NCBI GenBank assembly: GCA_009787115.1
Contig: WRGQ01000169.1
Location: 1 to 43,816, forward strand
Direction of reading: 5' to 3'
Length of the DNA: 43,816 nt
Origin: Bacteroidota bacterium
Lineage (GTDB): Bacteria; Bacteroidota; Bacteroidia; Bacteroidales; WCHB1-69
Part shown: positions 18,672 to 26,082 of the stretch, piece by piece
Position numbering within the stretch: the first letter of the stretch is position 1
Layout of the letters: each line of letters begins with the position of its first letter
Program-made: the position numbers and the translations under genes
The notes under the pieces: model-generated
What the model saw: the letters and a program-made list of their open reading frames with translations, nothing else
The model's database searches: none
What the model was told of the DNA's origin: nothing

Positions 18672-19608
18672 ATGAAAACATTAAAATTGTCATTAATCTG
18701 TTTATTACTATTATTTGTTTGCCGAAATACGTATGCACAATATATACCATCTATTGAAGTTTTATTGATAAATGATGTTGAAGGTTCTGATTCAAATATG
18801 CTGAATTTAAGAAATGGAGATGCTTACGATTTTTACAATAATTTGCGCACATGGATACCCTATTGTAATTCGGAACCATTAAAAAATCCTCCTATAACCT
18901 ATATTGAGATCGCTTTTCATGTATTTCTTGACAATAACGGAGAACATAATGTATATACAAATACACAAGAAGGAAAAGATAAACTTCTAACCGATTATTA
19001 TAACGGCATTATTGAAAACGAGGAACTGTTGCAGGAAACAATAAATTATCACAATGAAATATTGGCAGTTACGAATTATATGGAAGAAATAAGTCGGAGC
19101 GCTTTATTTAGCCGCAAAAGCGATAGCCTGATAGATCTCAATCAAATTAGAGATTGGTATGACGAAATCTATACTTTAAACGCAAAATATTCGTTGGCAG
19201 AAACCTACTACCAACTTGGCAAATTTGAAGAAGGCTTTAAGACTTTGGCATTAATTCCGAAAAAATACAATTTGAATGAAGATGAGATGATGAGACGATT
19301 AGATGATGAGGTGATTAACGATGAAGAAAATCTTACGGTCTTACAATCTTCCGGTCTTCCGGTCTCAGACAATATTACTCTTATACCCACCCCCACCACC
19401 GGCGAACTACAAATATTAGGGAGCAATAAACAATTAATAATGAAAAACGTTGAGGTATTCGATGGTTATGGTAAAAAGTTATTATCGCATACCGCAGACC
19501 ATACACCGCACACCGTATTAGACATTTCCCATCTTGCATCTGGATTGTATTTTATAAAAATAAAAACCGAAAACAGGCGAAGTAGTTAAGAAAGTAGTGA
19601 AACAGTAA
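18672..19608 (+). pseudogene. Decayed T9SS cargo gene: signal peptide, metalloprotease-like N-terminal fragment without HExxH, and T9SS CTD with a terminal frameshift
   Basis: The ORF 18672-19589 ends ...IKIKTENRRSS*. Skipping A19575 gives ...TENGEVVKKVVKQ* (stop 19606-19608), a canonical last strand of a T9SS CTD. The N-terminal part (IEIAFHVFLDNNGEHN) resembles the start of secreted Zn-protease domains, but there is no HExxH anywhere. An octamer repeat array sits at the joint. Confidence 0.5.
19332..19363. repeat. Octamer tandem repeat CTTACGGT CTTACAAT CTTCCGGT CTTCCGGT
   Basis: Four 8-nt units lie inside the ORF and are translated as LTVLQSSGLPV. The 10-mer CTTACGGTCT recurs at 43571-43580. 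Confidence 0.85.
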
Positions 19609-19670
19609 AAAAATAAAATGCTAAAGAAACAATTATTAGAAATCAATTAATTATAATACATATTAAAAAA

Positions 19671-20165
19671 ATGAAAAAGATTACACTTATTTTAACCTTA
19701 TGCACGATTTGCATTACCCCCATTTTTGCGCAAAAGTATGGGCACGTCAATTCCTACGAAGTTATGATGGCAATGCCCGGAATAGATTCTATTCAAATTA
19801 AATTAGCCGGATTTCAAAAAGATTTGGAAACTCTTTACGAAAATATGGTTAACGAGTATCAAACAAAAAGAGAAAAATTCGACAAAGAAGCCGGTACTAT
19901 GTCTTCAGCCGTTAGAAAATTAAAAGAAGATGAACTTAGAAGCATTGAAAGTAGAATTATGGAATTTCAAAATAATGTCCAACAAGATGTTGAAGAAGAA
20001 CAGGAAAAACTGATAGCGCCCTATCAGACAAAAGTACAGAATGCTATCAATGATGTTGCAAAAGAACACAAATACAACTATATCTTTGATACCCGCGTCT
20101 TACTTTATTATGACGGCGGAGACGACGTAACTCCGATCGTAAAGAAGAAGTTAGGAATAAAGTAG
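19671..20165 (+). CDS. ompH: OmpH/Skp-family periplasmic chaperone (copy 2)
   Basis: 164 aa. Signal peptide MKKITLILTLCTICITPIFAQ. OmpH-like coiled-coil. Paralogous to copy 3. Confidence 0.85.
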   Translation: MKKITLILTLCTICITPIFAQKYGHVNSYEVMMAMPGIDSIQIKLAGFQKDLETLYENMVNEYQTKREKFDKEAGTMSSAVRKLKEDELRSIESRIMEFQNNVQQDVEEEQEKLIAPYQTKVQNAINDVAKEHKYNYIFDTRVLLYYDGGDDVTPIVKKKLGIK

Positions 20166-20167
20166 TT

Positions 20168-20313
20168 GTTTAAGATTTAAAATTTAAAGTTTAATGTTTA
20201 AAGTTCAATGTTCAATGTTTAAAATTCAAAAATCAAATCATCTCATCCACACATCATCTAATCATCTAATCATCATATCTGCTTTCTGCTTTCTGTTTTC
20301 TGCCTTCTCCTTT
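20168..20313. repeat. 146-nt mosaic of tandem heptamers and octamers (GTTTAAA/GTTCAAT family, CATCTAAT, CTGCTTT family)
   Basis: At least 10 consecutive 7-nt units at 20168-20237. CATCTAAT x2 plus CATCATAT at 20255-20278. CTGCTTT CTGCTTT CTGTTTT CTGCCTT CTCCTTT at 20279-20313. Confidence 0.95.
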
Positions 20314-20772
20314 TTTTCCGGCTCTGCGCAATCCAAATTCGGACACGCCGACTACACCGGTATTCTTTCCAATATGTCAGGGATTGATTCTATCCAAAAA
20401 GTTTTGGCTAATTATGTTGCCGACCTGCAAACTATCGGGGAACAAATGGAAAAAGAATTTGTAGAAAAACAAACAGCGCTAGAACAAATGGTCAATGCCG
20501 GTAACACCTCGCAGGCAATATTAAAAATAAAAGAAGATGAATTGAAGGCTATGTATAAACGTATTATGGATTTCAAACAATCTGCCGACGCCGATATTCA
20601 GGATAAACAGGTGGAATTGTTAGAACCTTATCAGAATAAACTCTCTGATGCCATTAAGAAAGTAGCCAAAGCCAATAACTATAATTATGTTTTCGATATC
20701 TCTGTCTTGTTGTTTTATGCCCCGGGCGATGACCTGACCAATAAAGTGAAAGCAGAATTAGATATTAAATAA
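20194..20772 (+). CDS. ompH: OmpH/Skp-family periplasmic chaperone (copy 3), with N-terminus and signal peptide encoded by the repeat mosaic
   Basis: 192 aa. The mature part aligns with copy 2 (KFGHADY.. vs KYGHVNSY.., ..NYNYVFD.. vs ..KYNYIFD..). The first ~45 aa (MFKVQCSMFKIQKSNHLIHTSSNHLIIISAFCFLFSAFSFFSGSAQ) are read from repeats. Start could be ATG 20194 or ATG 20215. Confidence 0.75.
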   Translation: MFKVQCSMFKIQKSNHLIHTSSNHLIIISAFCFLFSAFSFFSGSAQSKFGHADYTGILSNMSGIDSIQKVLANYVADLQTIGEQMEKEFVEKQTALEQMVNAGNTSQAILKIKEDELKAMYKRIMDFKQSADADIQDKQVELLEPYQNKLSDAIKKVAKANNYNYVFDISVLLFYAPGDDLTNKVKAELDIK

Positions 20773-20814
20773 TGCAGTTTTCTCTCTTTTTTACATAAAT
20801 GTTGCCTCAAATAT

Positions 20815-20822
20815 TATTTTTG
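20815..20822 (+). promoter_or_regulatory. Candidate -7 box TATTTTTG upstream of grpE
   Basis: Matches TAnnTTTG, 55 nt upstream of the ATG at 20878. Confidence 0.4.
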
Positions 20823-20877
20823 GCAGCATTTTTGCAAATAAACGGGTTCGTAAAAATATTCAAAAAGAAAAGAGTAT

Positions 20878-21366
20878 ATGACTAAGAAAAAAAGTATCCA
20901 GGAAACCGATTCTAATCTACAGATTGAAACTTTAACTGTAGAAAACGCAGAACTGAACGACCGTTTTTTGCGCCTTTATTCAGAATTTGAAAATTACAAG
21001 AAAAGAACTGCCAAAGAAAAAATTGACATTATTGCTACTGCCTCCGAAAAAGTAATATTGGGACTGCTCCCCATTGTTGACGATTTTGAAAGAGCCATTA
21101 CACAAAACCAGAACATTGAAGATGTAACCGTGCTCAAAGAGGGTTTTGAACTTATCTATAACAAATTACTGGCATTACTAAAACGTTTTGAAGTAGAAGA
21201 GATAGCAGCATTAGGAGAACCTTTTGATACCGATTTACACGAAGCAATTACCCACTTCCCCGCCCAATGCGAAGATGATAAAGGAAAAATAATGGACGTT
21301 ACACAAAAAGGATATAAATTGAAAGATAAGGTGATTCGATTTGCGAAAGTGGTAGTTGCTAATTAG
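20878..21366 (+). CDS. grpE: Nucleotide exchange factor GrpE
   Basis: 162 aa. Typical LRLYSEFENYKKR and LLPIVDDFERA motifs. Immediately upstream of dnaJ. Confidence 0.9.
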   Translation: MTKKKSIQETDSNLQIETLTVENAELNDRFLRLYSEFENYKKRTAKEKIDIIATASEKVILGLLPIVDDFERAITQNQNIEDVTVLKEGFELIYNKLLALLKRFEVEEIAALGEPFDTDLHEAITHFPAQCEDDKGKIMDVTQKGYKLKDKVIRFAKVVVAN

Positions 21367-21394
21367 CGGTATGCGGTCACTTGTCACTTAATAT
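21367..21394. repeat. Degenerate heptamer array CGGTATG CGGTCAC TTGTCAC TTAATAT
   Basis: Fills the grpE-dnaJ spacer. Units are shared with 23729-23742 (GCGGTAT) and 28842-28848 (CACTTGT). Confidence 0.65.
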
Positions 21395-21400
21395 AATACA

Positions 21401-22576
21401 ATGAAAAGAGATTATTACGAAATTTTGGGAGTAGAAAAAAACGCTTCTGCGGAGGTGTTGAAAAAAGCCTACCGAAAAAAAGCGATGGAGTATCATCCAG
21501 ATAGAAATCCGGGTAACAAAGATGCTGAAGAAAAATTTAAAGAAGCAGCAGAGGCTTATGATGTATTAAGTTCTCCTGAAAAACGGGCAAGATACGACCA
21601 GTTCGGACACGCAGGTATGGGCGGCGCAGCAAGTGGCGGTAGCAGTGGCTTCGGCGTTGATTTTGATTTGGAAACTATTTTTGAACGTTTTGGAGATTTG
21701 TTCGGGGGACACTTCGGCGGTGGCGGCTTTAGCGGGTTTTCAGGCGGCTTCGGAAGCGGAAGAAGACAACAACGCCAACAGGTGCGGAAAGGAGCAAACC
21801 TCCGCATCACTGTGAAATTGACATTGGAGGAGATTGCTGTAAATACGGAAAAAAAACTTAAAATAAAAAAGCAAGTGGTCTGTCAGCAATGTCAGGGAAA
21901 AGGCGCCATCAATAGCGCTGATGTTGTTACCTGCCCCAAATGCAACGGCTCAGGGCAAGTTATCGTGCAGCAACGCAGTATGTTCGGCATTATGCAACAG
22001 GCAGTGATGTGCGATCAATGTCACGGCGAGGGAACAATCATCAATAACCCCTGTCCTACCTGTCACGGAAAGGGTACGGTTACAGGCGAAGAGGTGGTTA
22101 CTGTTCAAATTCCGGCAGGTGTACAGGACGGTATGCAACTCTCCATGCGCGACAAGGGTAATGCTGCCCCAAGAGGCGGCATCAATGGCGACCTGATTGT
22201 GGCTATTGAAGAACTACCCCACGATGTTTTTGAACACGAAGGAAACAACCTCTATCTAAATTATTACATCTCATTTCCGCAGGCGGCGCTTGGCGGAAGC
22301 GTGGACATTCCTACTTTAGACGGAAAAGCCCGTATAAAATTAGCCGCCGGCACACAGGGAGGACAAGTACTTCGCCTGCAAGGAAAAGGATTACCCGAAC
22401 TGAACAGCCATAGAAAAGGCGACCTGATTGTTAACGTAAATGTTTGGACGCCAAAAACACTTTCAAAAGAAGAACGTGAGGCGGTTGAAAAATTCTTAAA
22501 ATCAGATAACTTTATCCCAAAACCGGGGAAAAACGAAAAATCGTTTTTTAATAGGGTGAGACAGTTTTTTTCATAA
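21401..22576 (+). CDS. dnaJ: Molecular chaperone DnaJ
   Basis: 391 aa. J-domain with HPD (YHPDRNPG). G/F-rich linker. Four CxxCxGxG zinc motifs ([32 protein letters not shown]). Confidence 0.95.
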   Translation: MKRDYYEILGVEKNASAEVLKKAYRKKAMEYHPDRNPGNKDAEEKFKEAAEAYDVLSSPEKRARYDQFGHAGMGGAASGGSSGFGVDFDLETIFERFGDLFGGHFGGGGFSGFSGGFGSGRRQQRQQVRKGANLRITVKLTLEEIAVNTEKKLKIKKQVVCQQCQGKGAINSADVVTCPKCNGSGQVIVQQRSMFGIMQQAVMCDQCHGEGTIINNPCPTCHGKGTVTGEEVVTVQIPAGVQDGMQLSMRDKGNAAPRGGINGDLIVAIEELPHDVFEHEGNNLYLNYYISFPQAALGGSVDIPTLDGKARIKLAAGTQGGQVLRLQGKGLPELNSHRKGDLIVNVNVWTPKTLSKEEREAVEKFLKSDNFIPKPGKNEKSFFNRVRQFFS

Positions 22577-22611
22577 AAATAGGTAAATAAACCGTTGCTA
22601 TAAAATTCGTG

Positions 22612-22619
22612 TAAATTTG
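22612..22619 (+). promoter_or_regulatory. Candidate -7 box TAAATTTG upstream of the ROK-family gene
   Basis: Matches TAnnTTTG, 19 nt upstream of the ATG at 22639. Confidence 0.4.
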
Positions 22620-22638
22620 CCATTCCAAAAAATAACTT

Positions 22639-23742
22639 ATGAATTGCCATCCTAATCACGACAAACGCATTGTTGTTACTTTAGATGCCGGCGGCACAAA
22701 CTTTGTTTTTGGCGCTATTCAAGATTATCAATTTATTGTAACACCTGTTACAAAACCATCAAATTCAGATGTTCTAGAAAAATGTTTGAACACTTTGACG
22801 GAAGGGTTTACAGAGGTAATCAATCAGTTGCCGGAGCCTCCGGTGGCTATCAGTTTTGCTTTTCCAGGTCCCGCAGACTATCCCAATGGCATTATTGGTG
22901 GCTACCTGCCCAACTTCCCCTCTTTCAGAAATGGAGTAGCCTTAGCCGATTTCTTACAGGAAAAATTGAAACTGCCCGTTTTTATTAACAACGATGCAGA
23001 CCTCTTTACCTACGGCGAAGCAATTGCAGGCGTTTTGCCCGAAATTAATCAAAGATTAGAAAATTTGGGTAGCGCAAAACGCTACCGAAATCTCATCGGT
23101 TTTACTTTTGGAACAGGCTTTGGGTTCGGAATCTCCGTGAACGGCAAAATGTATGTGGGAGACAATAGTTGCTCCGAAATCTTCTGTTTACCACACAAAC
23201 ATCTGCAAAACATTATTGCAGAAGATGGCGTTTCTATTCGTGCGGTGAAAAGGGTGTATGGAGAATTAGCCGGTGACCCTGCGCATAGTTTAGAACCGTT
23301 TGATATTTACCAGATTGCAGAAGGTGTCAAAATTGGAAATCGCGAAGCCGCACAAAAGGCATTTGCGCTTATGGGCGAAGTCGCAGGAAATGTTATCGCC
23401 ATTTGTGCCTCTTTGTTAGATGGACTTATCGTCATTGGGGGTGGACTCACCAAAGCGGAAAAATATTTTATGCCTGCATTGCTCAAAGAGATGCGCAGCA
23501 ACTTCTCAACCATTTCGGGAGAAACGGTGGCGCGTGTGCAAAGTAATGTCTATGACCTGCAAAACGACGAGGAGTTCCTGCAATTTGCCAAAGGCAATCA
23601 GCAACCCCTCAAAGTTTTTGGCTCTGAAAAAGAAGTAATTTACGACCCGCAGAAAAGAATAGGCATCACTATCTCAAAATTAGGAGCAGACGTTGCCACC
23701 TCGCTCGGTGCCTACGCATTTGCGGTGAGCGGTATGCGGTGA
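22639..23742 (+). CDS. ROK-family sugar kinase/regulator-like protein
   Basis: 367 aa. N-terminal ATP-binding LDAGGTNFVFG. DADLFTYGE and GTGFGFG motifs typical of ROK/glucokinase-type ASKHA proteins. The last 7 codons and stop lie in a GCGGTGA array. Confidence 0.65.
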   Translation: MNCHPNHDKRIVVTLDAGGTNFVFGAIQDYQFIVTPVTKPSNSDVLEKCLNTLTEGFTEVINQLPEPPVAISFAFPGPADYPNGIIGGYLPNFPSFRNGVALADFLQEKLKLPVFINNDADLFTYGEAIAGVLPEINQRLENLGSAKRYRNLIGFTFGTGFGFGISVNGKMYVGDNSCSEIFCLPHKHLQNIIAEDGVSIRAVKRVYGELAGDPAHSLEPFDIYQIAEGVKIGNREAAQKAFALMGEVAGNVIAICASLLDGLIVIGGGLTKAEKYFMPALLKEMRSNFSTISGETVARVQSNVYDLQNDEEFLQFAKGNQQPLKVFGSEKEVIYDPQKRIGITISKLGADVATSLGAYAFAVSGMR

Positions 23743-23789
23743 GATGATTAGATGATGACCTATTAACCCTTTAACCCTTTAACCCCTAA
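23722..23789. repeat. Composite repeat: GCGGTGA GCGGTAT GCGGTGA, then GATGATTAGATGATGA (reverse complement of the CATCTAAT array), then CCTATTAA CCCTTTAA CCCTTTAA CCCCTAA
   Basis: Read directly. Spans the ROK 3' end and stop (TGA 23740-23742) up to the rfbC ATG (23790). The TAA triplets of the octamers fall in all three + frames. Confidence 0.95.
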
Positions 23790-24335
23790 ATGAAAACCCT
23801 TGAACCCCTCCCAATTTCAGGCTTACGACTTATTCAACCCGATATTTACAATGATGCTCGCGGTTACTTTTTTGAAAGTTATAACTATGAAACGTTTAAA
23901 AACTTAGGTATTGAAGATATCTTTGTGCAGGATAACCAATCGGTTTCTAAAAAAAATGTAATCAGAGGGTTACATTTTCAAATGCCGCCATTTGCGCAGG
24001 CAAAATTAGTGCGTGTAGTGAAAGGTGCCGCATTAGATGTTGTAGTGGATATAAGAAAAGAGAGCCCTACGTACGGACAACATTTATCGGTCTTACTAAA
24101 TGATGAAAACCAACTGCAATTATATATTCCTGTGGGTTTTGCGCACGGATTTGCCGCATTGGAAGATGATACGCTGTTTGCATATAAATGCTCTAATCTC
24201 TACCATAAAGATTCTGAACAGAGTTTGTTATTTAATGATAAAGATTTGAATATCAATTGGAATATTGAAAACCCTATCGTTACTGATAAAGATTTGCAGG
24301 CAATCTGTTTTAAAGATTTCATCTCTCCGTTTTAA
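23790..24335 (+). CDS. rfbC: dTDP-4-dehydrorhamnose 3,5-epimerase
   Basis: 181 aa. DARGYFFESYN...RGLHFQ...KLVRVVKGAALDVVVDIR...GFAHGF are canonical RmlC motifs. Confidence 0.9.
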   Translation: MKTLEPLPISGLRLIQPDIYNDARGYFFESYNYETFKNLGIEDIFVQDNQSVSKKNVIRGLHFQMPPFAQAKLVRVVKGAALDVVVDIRKESPTYGQHLSVLLNDENQLQLYIPVGFAHGFAALEDDTLFAYKCSNLYHKDSEQSLLFNDKDLNINWNIENPIVTDKDLQAICFKDFISPF

Positions 24336-24338
24336 GAT

Positions 24339-25046
24339 ATGATAAAACTCATTATTTTTGATTTGGACGGCACATTGCTGAATACATTAGACGATTTGGC
24401 AGATTGTACCAACTATGTTTTACAACAAAACAGATACCCGACCCACAAAATTGATGCATATAAATATTTTGTCGGAAATGGCGTAGAGATGCTATTGCGC
24501 CGCGCACTGCCCAAAGATATTACCGAAACTGCTTTTGCTGAAATTTTACAACAATTTATGAATTACTACGAAATTCATAAAGCAGATAAAACTGCGCCTT
24601 ACGAAGGCATAATCGAAACGCTTGAAAAATTACAGCAGAAAGAAATTTTGTTAGCCGTAGCCACCAACAAACCGCACGAACTGCTGCCTGAGTTGATGCA
24701 ATACTATTTTCCAACCATAAAATGGGCAGCCGTTTTTGGTAATCGAAAAGATGTTCCCATAAAACCTCACCCGCAAATTGTTTACGATATTTTGAACGCC
24801 TGCAAGGACTGTTTTGTGTCCTTTGTGCCTTCTTTGTGTCCTTTGTGGTTAAAAAAACTTTTAAGACACCCTCATACCAACCAAATATTATATGTAGGCG
24901 ATACCGCAGTGGATATGGAGACCGCGCAAAACGCCGGCATCAAAAAAGTGGGCGCGCTGTGGGGATTTCGCACCAAAGAAGAACTACTACAGGCAAATGC
25001 CGATTATATTATGGAACGCCCGCAAGAACTAATAGAACTTTGTTAA
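24339..25046 (+). CDS. HAD-superfamily hydrolase (phosphoglycolate phosphatase-like) carrying a repeat-derived in-frame insertion
   Basis: 235 aa. Motif I IIFDLDGTLL, motif II ATNKP, motif III KPHP, motif IV YVGDTAVDMETA. About 27 extra codons (24804-24884) lie between motifs III and IV. Confidence 0.8.
   Translation: MIKLIIFDLDGTLLNTLDDLADCTNYVLQQNRYPTHKIDAYKYFVGNGVEMLLRRALPKDITETAFAEILQQFMNYYEIHKADKTAPYEGIIETLEKLQQKEILLAVATNKPHELLPELMQYYFPTIKWAAVFGNRKDVPIKPHPQIVYDILNACKDCFVSFVPSLCPLWLKKLLRHPHTNQILYVGDTAVDMETAQNAGIKKVGALWGFRTKEELLQANADYIMERPQELIELC
24812..24848. repeat. CTTTGTG-type short repeat x4 inside the HAD hydrolase CDS
   Basis: TTTTGTG(24812) ... CTTTGTG(24821) ... CTTTGTG(24832) ... 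CTTTGTG(24841). Translated as CFVSFVPSLCPLW. Confidence 0.85.
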
Positions 25047-25051
25047 AACTT

Positions 25052-25072
25052 CACTCATTACTCGTCACTCAT
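25052..25072. repeat. Heptamer array CACTCAT TACTCGT CACTCAT
   Basis: Read directly, 6 nt after the HAD hydrolase stop (25044-25046). Confidence 0.65.
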
Positions 25073-25138
25073 ACATATTATACCAAATTATTTATAATTT
25101 CGCTGCAAAATTATTTGTCAAACATAAATTAAATTCAA

Positions 25139-25696
25139 ATGAAAAAAATATCACTTTTAGCAATTCTTTTAATTGCAACAAGCACTCTTGTATTGGCGCA
25201 ACCCAGAGCCATCGGCGGACGTTTAGGCTGGGATCTCGGCGCTTCTTATCAACATCAAATCGGCGAGAAAAATATGATTCAGGCAGATTTAGACTTCTTA
25301 GGCTGGGGCTTGTGGGGTACTCAAGCCACAGTAACCTTTAACTGGCTCATCCCATTAGTTTCTGTGAATGCCGGAGAATTGAACCTGTATCCCGGCGTAG
25401 GTATTGGCGGCGGCTATGAATGGTTTGAACGCAAATATTGGGTATGGTATACCGAATATCCTTATGCCGGTTGGGCAGGCTCTGCCTTTGTGGGTGTTGC
25501 CGGAATGATAGGTATAGAATGGCGTTTTAAATTTCCGTTAGAACTCTCTTTTGAATATCGCCCGCTAATAGGTCCTGAATTTTATTCCACTAAAAGATAT
25601 GGATATACTAATGGTATCAGCACTTGCTTTTATTGGAATGGTTTATGGGCAAGCGCAGTTGCTGTTGGGGTGAGATATAAGTTTGGCGGGAAATAA
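25139..25696 (+). CDS. Small outer-membrane beta-barrel protein (porin-family/OmpW-like)
   Basis: 185 aa. Signal peptide MKKISLLAILLIATSTLVLAQ. Gly/aromatic-rich alternating strands. C-terminal ...VGVRYKFGGK. Confidence 0.6.
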   Translation: MKKISLLAILLIATSTLVLAQPRAIGGRLGWDLGASYQHQIGEKNMIQADLDFLGWGLWGTQATVTFNWLIPLVSVNAGELNLYPGVGIGGGYEWFERKYWVWYTEYPYAGWAGSAFVGVAGMIGIEWRFKFPLELSFEYRPLIGPEFYSTKRYGYTNGISTCFYWNGLWASAVAVGVRYKFGGK

Positions 25697-25734
25697 AATG
25701 TTAATGAAAGTTAAAAAATAATTAACTGTAATTC

Positions 25735-25767
25735 AGCGCTATAAGATGTTATGGCGCTATTTTTTTT
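25735..25767 (+). terminator. Rho-independent terminator after the small OMP gene
   Basis: Stem AGCGCTATA(25735-25743)/TATGGCGCT(25750-25758) with one G-U pair, 6-nt loop, then A plus T8. Confidence 0.65.
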
Positions 25768-25831
25768 ATATTTTTTAAAATTTATATAGAAATTGTACTA
25801 TTTTCGCCGCCTAATTATTAAATATAATTTT

Positions 25832-26065
25832 ATGGCAGAAATTATTGAACGAGTTCAAGAAATCATTGCAGAAAAACTTAGTGTTAACCCTGCAGACGTA
25901 ACCCCGGAGAAAAGTTTTACCAACGATTTAGGCGCAGACTCGCTTGACACTGTTGAATTGATTATGGAATTTGAAAAAGAGTTTGGAATCTCTATTCCTG
26001 ACGATCAAGCCGAAAAAATTACAACGGTTGGAGACGCAATTGAGTACATTAAATCAATGAGTTAA
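25832..26065 (+). CDS. acpP: Acyl carrier protein
   Basis: The ORF opens at 25793, but [12 protein letters not shown]... from 25832 matches the ACP N-terminus. Phosphopantetheine site [13 protein letters not shown]. Confidence 0.95.
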   Translation: MAEIIERVQEIIAEKLSVNPADVTPEKSFTNDLGADSLDTVELIMEFEKEFGISIPDDQAEKITTVGDAIEYIKSMS

Positions 26066-26082
26066 TTTAACACTCTTTCTTA

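Noticed and set aside
20168-20313. Short direct-repeat arrays as a possible CRISPR array (also at 23722-23789, 28811-28854 and 43496-43566)
   Set aside because: Units are only 7-8 nt and strictly contiguous, with no unique spacers. There is no leader or cas gene context. This is not CRISPR architecture.
20773-20877. CIRCE/HrcA operator upstream of grpE-dnaJ
   Set aside because: I looked for TTAGCACTC-N9-GAGTGCTAA or a similar long inverted repeat. Only a weak 7-nt imperfect inverted repeat (TGTTGCC...GGCAGCA) is present, which is not convincing.
21556-21810. 84-aa Pro/Lys-rich ORF on the - strand (and the 60-aa + ORF at 21633-21815)
   Set aside because: It is the mirror image or an alternative frame of the GGC-rich G/F linker of DnaJ, so it is a compositional artefact.
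22264-22659. 131-aa ORF on the - strand spanning the dnaJ 3' end and the ROK promoter
   Set aside because: It overlaps the conserved C-terminal domain of DnaJ on the opposite strand and has no motif. It is a shadow ORF.
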